Below, piece after piece: positions 23,995 through 34,356 of a DNA stretch of 64,000 nt. This DNA is from Rhizaria sp. SCN 62-66 (Eukaryota). Each line of letters starts with the position of its first letter. The stretch's first letter is position 1. The notes beneath the pieces were generated by a model, which made no database searches, was not told where the DNA came from, and saw nothing but the letters and a program-made list of their open reading frames with translations. A program made the position numbers and the translations under genes. The stretch covers positions 1-64,000 of the forward strand of contig MEDY01000292.1 of the NCBI GenBank assembly GCA_001724265.1. Reading direction: 5' to 3'.

Positions 23995-25524
23995 ATGTTT
24001 GCGGCAAGCAGCATTTCCCGGAGCTCCACCCCACCGGCGCCACCTCCACCAGCTGACCCCCCTGCCCCAGTCGCTGGGGCAACCTCGCCGACCCTGCCTG
24101 CGTCCTCCTCTGCCGCGCACAACATCAACATTTCCGATGACGTTACTGAGTTTGCCTACCTGCGCTGCAACTCGTGTTTCGCGGTCGAATTCCCCGGCTG
24201 CGAGGACCACGGGCTCCTCTCCTGGCCGACGACCACCCCCTCCGACAACTCCTCCTACGAGGCCCCGTCCCTGGCGCCGCTCCGCGCCAAGCTTGCCGAG
24301 CCAACGCCGCCCAAGGAGGCCGGCGGCGCCGTGGCCCCCGCGGCCGCACCTGAGGCCTGGGCGCAGCTCGGGGTCACCGCGAAGGTCCAGTGCGCTGCCA
24401 AGTGCGCCTGGTGCCGCGCCTGCGTCTACACCGCGTTCCCCTGGTCCTACCACTGCCGCTTCTGCAAGGGCCCGCCCTGCGCAGTGCGCTTCGGCCGCTT
24501 TCGGCTCGGCGCCACGACCGCGCTGCTCGCGGTCGCGAACGGGGGGCTGGACGAAGACGACGAGGAAGATGGTGGGAATGCTAAAGACGACGATGACGAC
24601 GATGACGACAAGAATAGTGGCAGCGACAGCGAGGATGACAGTGGTCCTGATGAGAGCGAGTCGGGTCCCTACGGCTTTGTCCCCTCCGAGGTTGTGAAGC
24701 TGGGGGGGCCGCACAAGCTCAACCACAGCGAGTACGAGTTCATCAAGGGGTACATCGCGCAATGCGCGCTGTGCAACTCGACGTCGCCCGTATTGCGCTC
24801 CACCAACACGGCACACTACCCGAGACACTACAGTGACAGCATCAAAAGCGGTCGCGGTGCCGCTGACAACACCCGCACGACTGAGAGCGATCGTACGAAC
24901 GCGAGTGACAGTGTGAGTGTGTGTGCGAGGGCGAAGGACAGTGTTTGCGAGTACCGCTTGGGGAGTCAAACGAAGCCGGCCGACGTGCGGGTCTACCGCA
25001 CCGACGCTAAGCGCCAGGCTAAGGGGAGAACGTCTAAGGGGCCGGAGTCTAAGGGTCCTGAGTCCTCAAAGCAGAGCTCTCTTGACGACACTCAGACCGA
25101 GACTTGTGATACTGCGACTGACACTGACACTGCAACTAAGGCTGAGGCTGAAGCTGAGGCCGCTGTCTGCGCCGCTCTGGCGCAGATTTGGCAACGCAAG
25201 CTGGAGCACTTTGGGCCGCAGTGCGCGCTGCTGGCGGGTGGCAGCGGCTGCGTGGCCGTGAGCAGAGTGGCGACGGCGACCAGCGAGGTGGGATACGTGT
25301 TTGAGAACCTTATGACCTCCGATCTGCTGTGCAGCAGGAGCGAAGTGTTAGAGGACGGAGACGTGCTGCCGGTTACGCTGGGGATCAAGATGACGCAGGA
25401 GGAGCCGCACCGGATGTTTTGCGCAACCCAGGACACCGCGCAGAGCGACTGTGGTGTCTCCCGCGGCAGTGCGAGCGGCCTCACAGCACGGCGGGTTACT
25501 AAGATGCCCGCTAAGGAGAGGTGA
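23995..25524 (+). CDS. Cys-rich (CxxC-containing) hypothetical protein, paralog A
   Basis: ATG 23995 to TGA. CxxC pairs in CNSC...C..H, CAWC, CRFC, CALC. Shares ordered motifs with the gene at 29555-31618. Confidence 0.75.
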   Translation: MFAASSISRSSTPPAPPPPADPPAPVAGATSPTLPASSSAAHNINISDDVTEFAYLRCNSCFAVEFPGCEDHGLLSWPTTTPSDNSSYEAPSLAPLRAKLAEPTPPKEAGGAVAPAAAPEAWAQLGVTAKVQCAAKCAWCRACVYTAFPWSYHCRFCKGPPCAVRFGRFRLGATTALLAVANGGLDEDDEEDGGNAKDDDDDDDDKNSGSDSEDDSGPDESESGPYGFVPSEVVKLGGPHKLNHSEYEFIKGYIAQCALCNSTSPVLRSTNTAHYPRHYSDSIKSGRGAADNTRTTESDRTNASDSVSVCARAKDSVCEYRLGSQTKPADVRVYRTDAKRQAKGRTSKGPESKGPESSKQSSLDDTQTETCDTATDTDTATKAEAEAEAAVCAALAQIWQRKLEHFGPQCALLAGGSGCVAVSRVATATSEVGYVFENLMTSDLLCSRSEVLEDGDVLPVTLGIKMTQEEPHRMFCATQDTAQSDCGVSRGSASGLTARRVTKMPAKER

Positions 25525-25805
25525 TTGTGATATATTTGTATTTGATAATAGTACTGCGTTGTTGAAGATAATTTTTATATAGCATCTTAACCTATTGCCG
25601 TAATCTGATGAGATTTAATGACATAAAAGTGAACTTTAAAGTATCCATTGATCTTACGCAGTGTGTTGAAATGACTGTGAGCAAAATGACTGTGAGCATA
25701 GAGATAATATAGACACCCTTAGAGCTAAGGCACTTCTTCAACAGGTGAAGAGTGCGGAGGCTGATGACTGACGAGTCAGGCGGTCAAAAGTGGTGTCCTT
25801 TTGAT

Positions 25806-25968
25806 CTTTTGATCGACACTCAGCAGTATATTATGTCATCATCTGCTCGCCCTCTCGGCTCTCAGGTATACAAACATGTTTAGAGGATCATTTTGTGTGA
25901 TAGAAATCTTTTCTTTTGATCGATACTCATCAGTATATCATGTCATCTGCTCGCCCTCTTGGCTCTCA
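25806..25968. repeat. Imperfect ~55-60 nt direct repeat upstream of the Crinkler-like gene
   Basis: ttttgatcgacactcagcagtatattatgtcatcatctgctcgccctctcggctctca (~25807-25864) versus ttttgatcgatactcatcagtatatcatgtcatctgctcgccctcttggctctca (~25914-25968). Confidence 0.85.
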
Positions 25969-26130
25969 ACCCCTTGCCCCTTACTTACCTCTCTTTGAAC
26001 TCTTGTGCATGTGGTCAGGTGGTCCGTCATCTTACGAGGTCACCATGTTGATTCACGCCCGCAATTACACCTATGGTTTCATTATTTCTCACATGTATCG
26101 GCTATTTAATTTCATTTTATTTATTTAGAC

Positions 26131-27865
26131 ATGGCATTACGCGCACTGACTCTTCAGGAGATCAATGACAAGATCGCTAAGGTCCAGGTCGATAAGGCTC
26201 ACCTTGTCAAGAGTCAGGAGCTCCTCTTTGCGACCTTGGCGGAGGCTGTAAGGAACAAGATTCCCACAGAGTACATCGCGAAGGAGCTCACGGCGCTCTC
26301 CGCGTCCATGACTGATGTGCAACAGAAGATCGAGAACCTTGAGAAGGATAGGCTCAAGCTTCCCGCCGCAGCTGCAGGTTCGTAATTGGGCTCCTGGCTC
26401 TTCTGATTGGTGATAAAATTTGATTATTTATCTCGAACTCACCACACTATTCTTACCTCTCTCTTTCTCTCTTGCTCGCTCTCTCGCTCTCACTGCAGCG
26501 CCACCCTACACGCCGTACGAGACCACACTGCTCACGAAGCTCCCTGAGGTCGCGACGGCGCCCGCGCCCGACTTGCGCATCTACTAGCAGACGGTCGTGC
26601 TGAGCGCTGCTACCCCGTCAGTGCAAGCCGGCGCCGTTACCGGCCTCGTCCCTTTTCACGCGGCAGTGACCACCTTCCTCACCGCTGAGGTCCCGATTGA
26701 GGCTGCTGAGGAACAGTCGCATCGCCGCAACGACTCGTGGAACGCTGTCGTGCTAGCGGTCGCCAACGAGCAAGCGAAGTCCCTTTACCGCTTGGTGCGC
26801 AACTCCCAATCTGCCTAGTCGCAGTTCGGCGCATCAACCCTCAATCCCTAGTCCCGCACCGATTTCGTCATTCTCATGGAGGGCTACGCGAGCCCCGTCG
26901 TCGCCGAGGAGAAGGCCGGTAAAGACATCGAGGGGGCGCTCAAGGACATATACGGCAAGTTTTGGTTTGGCCCGTATTTCCAAGACTGCATTGACGGCGT
27001 GTTGGGCGTGGCATTTGATGCCGAAACTCTCCAGCTTTACCAGCTCATTGGCGTACGACATTGGCTCCTCGCTTCGGCTAACCTGACGACGGACAAAGGC
27101 AAGGCCAAGGCGCTGAAGCTGGCCGTGAACGTGGGCCGCTGGCTCCGCCACGTCCGCGAGCAACAGCTTGTTGGCAAGTGGGAGTGGCGTCTCGAAAGGG
27201 GGTATAAACGCTCCATCGAGTTGTCGTTCAATGGCGCGGTCAAGCAGCTTCCCGTCAAGTCCAACCAGATCAAGTGGATGCGCCAGGTCTATCGCAGCAA
27301 TATTCCCTGCATGGAGAGTCTGAAAGGGGAAATTATTAAAATCGGGGACGACCAATGCCAGATGTCCCTCTTACCCATCGGCCTGCCGCTGGACGAGCTG
27401 CTCAGCCGCAGTAAGGTGCCCGACCCTGTGCCCGTGCTGGAGGCCATCCTCTCGTTCTTCGTGGGGCTGCACGCGATTGGCTTCGTGTATGTTGACCTGC
27501 GCCCGTCCAACGTCATTCGCGCCGACGGGCGCTATCTCGTCATCGACCTCGAGTTTGTGCGCCCCGTGAAAGAGGTGGTGCCCGTCAACTTCAAGTGCCG
27601 ACACGCACTGGAGCAGGCGGGTTTCTCGAAGACCAAAATGACGGTGTCGACGTGCATGGATTTGGTAATGCTACACGCGCTCATGGTTACCTGCGGGTGG
27701 ACCAACGAGCAGGATCCCCACTACGGTGCGCTTCTCGAGTACCTCGCGCAGGTCGGTCCCGCGACGGGGCACACGGCCAGCACGGCGCTCGACATCCTCA
27801 ACACCCCCACGAAGCAGGTGCTGCAGCCTGCGAAGAAGTCGAGGACGACGAAGATGTAGCGCTAA
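26131..27865 (+). CDS. Crinkler/RHS-type effector-like protein: coiled-coil header, PD-(D/E)xK REase, protein kinase-like domain; exons 26131-26377 and 26499-27865 (~537 aa); four in-frame TAGs
   Basis: Intron 26378-26498 (GTTCGT, pyrimidine tract, CAG) joins the exons in frame. TAGs at 26585, 26816, 26849 and 27857, then CGC TAA TAA. REase-like SRTDFVILMEG...VVAEEKA; kinase-like AVK, FVYVDLRPSNV, YLVIDLE. Confidence 0.75.
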
Positions 27866-28690
27866 TAATGGACTAACAGCAAGACAATCAAAGAGATATG
27901 CAATAAGGGCAAGTAATTCGACGAAAGGCAGGGAAGGCAGTAGCACCGACGTTATCAGATAGACAACATCATTGAACGTTTCAAAGAGGAGACACCAATC
28001 ACAATAAGAGGGACATATACACACTTACGTAAGATCTATGATAAGATAAGTTTAGTTTTAATAATGTTCGAGCTAACTGCAAAAGATGATACTAGTATCA
28101 TCCAAACAAAACGACCGCATCGCAATCGTGAGTCGACAATCAAGAAGTTCATATCGTGAAGATTGCCCTTACCATTACACCAAAACAATGGAGACATGAA
28201 ATTATTATCCAAACAAAAAAAAAAAGCCGTCTTACATTCTGACGTGTATCGATCAGTACATCAAATACGCAGAGTATGAGATTGCACCGGGACGGAGAGC
28301 AAGAGCGGCGAAAATGTTAGGGATGTAATGATACTACGTGTAGTATCTTGAAATGACCTGGTGACTACCACGAAAGCCTGCTGTTATATCATGCGACAAC
28401 GGTAGTGAATTCAAAGGTGAGTTCGAGGAATATACTAATACATATATATTGTATCAAAAACAACAACATGAAGATGGTTTTCAGTGAACCATACATACAA
28501 GTCAGCCGAACACGAACAAGTCGAACGGTTTAATAAGACATTGAAGACATCAGTTAATCGCTATTGTTACAATCGACACTCTGCATGAAATCCCCCTTTA
28601 CAAAGTAAACCATGATGAAATCACCACCATACATAGTAATAATTAATTATATTCAATATCCCGTCTTAACTGAATTCTTTAGCTCGTCGT

Positions 28691-29341
28691 TCATCCTTCG
28701 AACTTCTTGTGATATTCGGTAACCTCTGCATCGGACTGAAGGTCAGAAGCTACAATCTCGTAGTGCTCATTGCTCGTCTTGATTGATCCGTGATGAAGCG
28801 CATTCTTCTTGTGAGTCGCAGTCTTGAGCTGCTTATCATTGTACGTTGCGTTGTTAAAGAGGCGATTGCATGTCTCGGCGTATAGCGCGCGCAGTTGGTG
28901 AGGAGTTGACGCATCAGGGAGTAATTTTTTGCATGCCTTGGAGATTTCCCAATTGTGGATATTTACGCCATCATCTGTCCTTCTGATCGGAACTCTACAA
29001 TACAGCTCAGCGTTGTACCAGCAGTTGTGAGTTGAATAGAAAGAAATGTTAACCTCCTCAGCTTTGTTCATTGACTTAGCGAATGCCGATACTTGCAGAT
29101 TATAGTCGTACTCAGGCTACCGGCTGCTATCAACGCGACTGAATTCCATCTTGTTCCAGAGCTTATGTTGGCGCATTATTAGTATGTACACGTCAAATGC
29201 TGTTTGTATGCACTTCTCGATGTTAAACTTCTTTACCTCGTCCGTTTGCTTTAAGTCAACTCGAGCACGAAGCTCCCGCGCGACGAGAAAACAAGGTGGT
29301 GACGTGACTGCTGTGAAGCCGGAGCACGTGCCGGTGTTCAA
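28691..29341 (-). pseudogene. Tyrosine recombinase / protelomerase-like catalytic fragment, probably decayed and of mobile or viral origin
   Basis: ORFs 29117..29341 and 28691..29071 are in frame across a TAG at 29117-29119. Motifs TPHQLRALYAE (HxxR) and LHHGSIKTSNEHY (LGH...Y-like). No in-frame ATG at the 5' end and no clean Box I. AT-richer and lacks the host's low-complexity style. Confidence 0.55.
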
Positions 29342-29554
29342 ACGACATTGTTCATGATTATCTCGATATATTGATCGTCAAGTTGCATTTTCATATTAAA
29401 ATCTAAATTAAATTATTATTTTAACTAGGTTTCTGTAATAATACCTTCTTAATCTAAGACTGCATCTCTCTACTGACAATTGCTTCGACTAACTCTTGAC
29501 AGGAAGAAAGCAACACATCGGATTCCCGCTTTACCCCCCTTGTCACTCGGCACC

Positions 29555-31618
29555 ATGCCCCCTGCCGCCGCCCTGCACACCAAGCCGCTTTTCGCTTTTC
29601 TCGCCGGCTTCCTCACGCAGCACAACGTTGCGGACGCCTTCGACTCGCTCGACAACGTGAGCGAAGCCGCCGTCATCGTTTGTACGCAGTGCCACACGCT
29701 GCAGTTCCCGCTGTGCCGCCAGCACGGACTGCTGCACAGCCCCGCACTCTTCCGGGCAAACGCCAACACTGGCGCTAACGCGGACGTTCGCGTAACGTGT
29801 AGCGAAGCTTCAGCGTCGGTAACAGCGCGCTAGATTACTGAGACGCGGCAGCAGTGCAGACTGGGCGCGCGCTGCTATATGTGTCCAAACGTGCACACAG
29901 GCAGCATACATGCTCTCAAAGACGCAGGGCAAGAGTTGCCGCAATAGCAGCAACAGTAGAGTTAGCAGACTCAGTTCCGTTGCCGTTACTGCCATTACTG
30001 CCCAAACCCACGTCTCTCACAGGCACAGTCTCATACGCAATCAGAGTCGCAGTCGTCGTCACATCTTCTGGAACCATAGGTTTTATACCTGCGCCTGCGC
30101 CTCTCATCTCAGTTGGCCCTGTGCGCAGCCGTCACCTGGGAGGGCGACTGTGAGCAGCAGAATGACTGTGAGCAGCCGCAGCCGGGGTATCTGGTGTACT
30201 GCCGGCTGTGCCACTCCGCCGCAGTCGTCATGGTCTCTGACAAAAGCGTCGATGCGGCTAGAGAGGCGGCGGAAGCGTCAATGCCAGCAACAACGACGGA
30301 CACTTACGCGTCTCGTACTAACACTTCGGGGGGTACTTACACCGAGGAAGAGGAGACGTACCGCGAGTACGCGCTGGCGGCCCGCGCGGCCGCACGGCTA
30401 GCCGCTCTCACGGCCGCTGCCGCTGCGAAAGCAAAAACTAGCACGACTGACACCGAGGCAGAGGCAGCAGCAGTAGCTGCAGCGGAGGCAGTGCCTGCGC
30501 TTGTAGACGGGGGTGACACTTCTGCGGTTGATAAGGCTGATATAGAGGCGAAGGCTAAACCTGATACAGCGGGCGCTGATGCTGATGCTGAGGTAGATGC
30601 CGCGGCAGCGATATCAATGGAAGAGCTTATACTGTCTCTGCAGCAGCAAGCGTAGCCGCCGACTAAGGGGCTCCGGCTGCGGCGGCAGCTGCTTTCGTCA
30701 TCACTGTCAGCGGCGGACAACAGCAACAGCACGGATCATAACGTGGGTGGTGGTGGCGGCTCTGAGCAGCAGCAGCAGCAGCGGCGGCGTGCTATGCTTG
30801 TTTCTGCGTTGACGCATGTGTGGAAGCGTAAAATCGACCACTTTGGCGAGCAATGCACGATCATCAACAGCGGCAGCGCAAACGTTCACATTAAAACTAA
30901 CAGCGCTACGTGCAACACTGCTTTCAGTGATGACTGCGATTTTGCCAGTGATGGGTGTGTTACTATCAGGCCGATTAACCTCGTTCCGAGGGAGATTGAG
31001 ATTTTTTCCGACGGGAAATTTGCCTATCCTGGAGTGATGTCAAACTTTTTGACGCTGCATGACCCTGAGAACAACATCGCTCCGATCACGATCGCTGGCG
31101 TTAACGGTGATACTAACCGCAACAACTGCAATGGCAACGAGAACAGCGACTGTGACGATGCCGAGAATGCTAATAATGCAAGTGCAAGCCAGGACAAGTG
31201 TAACGACCACTCTAGTTCCGGTGGCGACGAGATGATCGGGTCCCCGAAAGACCTCGTTTTGACGAGTCCGCACGTCCGGCTGACGCACTTTGCGGTGGAC
31301 GTGCTCACGGTTACCCCGCCCGAGGTGCTCAGCGGCGAGGAGCTCATGCAGCTCGAGGCTGGGTATCCCCTTACACTTTCAAACAACGCTCAGAGCACAC
31401 CAGCAACAGCGGCAGCCGCTAAAAGCGCTGCCTCCACTGCGAAAACACCGCTAGGCTCGCCTAAAAGCAACAAAATGTGTCCCAACAGCAGTAGCAAAGC
31501 GAGCAATAACGCTGTGACGAGCACAGCGGCGTGGAAAGTTGAGAGAAAGGCGCAGGGGCTCAAGGTGTCAGTTGAGTGGGGGCGGCGGGTCACACGAATG
31601 CCCGGCCTCAAACGCTAA
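29555..31618 (+). CDS. Cys-rich hypothetical protein, paralog B (~687 aa), with six in-frame TAGs
   Basis: caccATG at 29555 and one frame to TAA at 31618, with TAG at 29831, 29945, 29957, 29963, 30077 and 30653 and no internal TAA/TGA. Colinear motifs with paralog A: CTQC..LQFPLCRQHGLL / CNSC..VEFPGCEDHGLL; FRCRYC / YHCRFC; RLRLSSQLAL / RFRLGATTAL; GYLVYCRLCHS / GYIAQCALCNS; VWKRKIDHFGEQC / IWQRKLEHFGPQC; RRVTRMP / RRVTKMP. Confidence 0.8.
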
Positions 31619-32362
31619 AACAGACAATGTAGCGTCGTCTCCGCCGTATGATCAATCGGATGTTATATAGAATTAATTTTAATGCGTATATCTCGTTTTT
31701 GCGAAGTCGTGATTTCACTGTTTATCTGATGACACGCTGACAGGTCACTGATCTCTGTAAGCGTATACCGACGTTGTAGATTGCCGCCGTGCGATATAGT
31801 GTGTGCCATGCTATAATTTAGCTGACATCAATGAATGTATAGCATTGTCGTTCTTTTACATCTCAAACATGCAAAAAGTGTCCGTATCGTTCCCCATGTC
31901 CTTCACAAAGGTGCATTTATACCGTCATACATAGAAACCTATTGATGAAAAACAAAATAAATTAAGGCCTCTATCATAGCCCGATGTCATATCTGATATT
32001 CAAGTTCACATATTAACACTAATTACTCCTTGTATCTTCCATAAGACGCAAAAATGTGTTGGTGGTGATTTGACTGTCGGCTGCGAGACAGCCATGCAGG
32101 ACTGAGCTGCGTCAACGGCTATGAACTTTGATCGGAGATATCTCGATCGAATGATCGCTAATCAGTCTGAAATCACACTCCGATATTTAAATAATTTAAA
32201 TATATTGGCTCACTCAATTATCATTTCAATATCTTTGCTCTTAGCCCACAACACCTCCAATCCCCGCGCCAGCGTTTCACGCCCCCCGCCCCCGCGTCCT
32301 TCCCCGCTTCCCCGCCCTCTCGCGCGCGCCCCCGCGTGCCCCCCGCGCCCCCGCCCCGCCGC

Positions 32363-33488
32363 ATGCCCCCGCCCGGCTCCGCCTTTCCAGGTCCGATTGC
32401 CGCGGACGCGCTGTTCCGCGACGAGGCCAAGCTGACCGTGATGGTCCGCGAGATTCCCTTCTGCCTCGCGCAACCCTACTTCGTCCTCCAGAAGATCATC
32501 GAGGACAACGACACAGAAGCCATGTACGGCTACGCCTCTTGCATCGTCTACCTCACTGGCTTCTGCGCGCGCCTGGCGCAGGAGAACGCGGCCTGGTTCC
32601 GGCTGCCCGCGCTGCTGGGTCCCTCGTCCGACACGGTTCGGCCCAGCGGTGTCGCCTACTCCTTCGCGGGTGTCAAGGGCTCCAAAGCCGCCAAGGCCGC
32701 CGCGGCCGCTCTGAAGCGTGCCAACAGCGTCACGAGAGATGACCTGAAGCGCTCGCTCAAGCAGTGCGCAACTGCCGGTGATTCTGTCACAAAATCCTCG
32801 AAAACGGCCGCTGCCGCAACTGCGACGGCGACTGCGGCCGTGACAACAACGACTCCGACCAAGCTCAAGCGCTCTCTGTCCGGCGGCTGCTCCGGATCGC
32901 CCTCGTCTGTATCACTGATGTCCAGCTCCACGCTTGCGGGCTTCGTGCAGCGCACGTCTGCGTTCGAGGCGGTCCGCTGGGTCCAGCACGCTGCGAACCT
33001 GTGGCGGCAGTTTGTGCCCCCGCGGCTGGCGATCGACGTGGCCGAGGGCGGCAAGGGCATCCACACTATCCCGGGGCTCACGGTCTCGCCCGAGATGCTG
33101 CGGCTTATCCTGCAGTGCCCAGATATGCAGCAGTGGGAGGAGCGCTTCGCCACGGCCGCCGCCAACAGGCCGTCGCGGTGGGGCGACCTGACGCTGATCA
33201 CGACGCTGCAGTGGTGTCTGGCGCGTGATCCCGCCGCGCTGCTACGCTTCTGTGTCAGCGAAGTCGTGCGCGACATGCCGGAGGGAATCAACTGGGTTGA
33301 AGAGGCGCCTGCATCGCGTGTTGGCACGCCCCGGTCAGACAAAACGGGCCCCGCGTCATTGGCCGCGTCGCGCGTCGGCACGCCTCGCGCCAACAATAAC
33401 ATCTTGAACAGTGTCAGTGGTGCCAGCAAGCGGAGTGCAAGCGAGGACCTGAGCAGCACTGTCGTTGGGGACGGCGATACTGATGCTC

Positions 33489-33579
<91 letters not shown>

Positions 33580-34322
33580 GCGGCGGCGGCGGCGGCGGTT
33601 TATTGGGCACTCCGAAGAAGCTCTCACGCACCGCGACCCCCTACCCCTTAGTCGGTATAAGGGCCTCCGTCGGCGGCGCCTTCACGCCCCTCAGCGCCCC
33701 AGACAACGCGGGGACGCTTGGAAAGACTCTCAGTACCGGAGAGGACGAGGATGACGTCGAGAAGCAGTGGCTCCCTGACTTGCGGCTAGTCCAGCACCAG
33801 CAGCAGCAGGTGAAGCAGATGCCCGCTGCGCGGCGCTTGCTGAGTGCGTTCGATCAAGAGGACTCCAAACGGGTACTTAGCCGGTCTAAGGGTGCTCCTC
33901 CTGCCGTGCCTGACTTAGACGACGTGCTTTCCGCTCAGTCGACTGATAACAACAACAGCAATAACAACATTAGCAACGACAATCATGATGGTGTCAAGAC
34001 TGCTCCCGTGTCACCTACCCGCTCAACTCGCAACAGCAACAGCAGCAGCAATGCTGGCGGTGTGACGGCGAGCCCTCGCAAGGCCGCCAGTCCCACCCGG
34101 TACCACATGCCGACTAGAAACGCCCCCCTGACTCCGAGCGAGAAGAAAGCACTCGCGCTCTCGCAAAGCCCCTTTAAGCGCCTCAACAGCACAGGCGCTA
34201 GTAACAACAACAACAGCAACAGCAGCGGCAGCAGCGGCAGCGGAAGCGGTGCCCTCAGTGACGCTGCCGAAGCGAGCGCGAGAACCGGTGTGATGTACGT
34301 GCTGCCGAGCGCGAGACTGGTC

Positions 34323-34356
<34 letters not shown>

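Noticed and set aside
26131-31618. Treating the TAG-containing genes as ordinary pseudogenes
   Set aside because: Decay should also yield TAA, TGA and frameshifts. All interruptions in the Crinkler-like gene and paralog B are TAG, motifs between them are conserved, and BRCA2 and PRIM2 show the same pattern.
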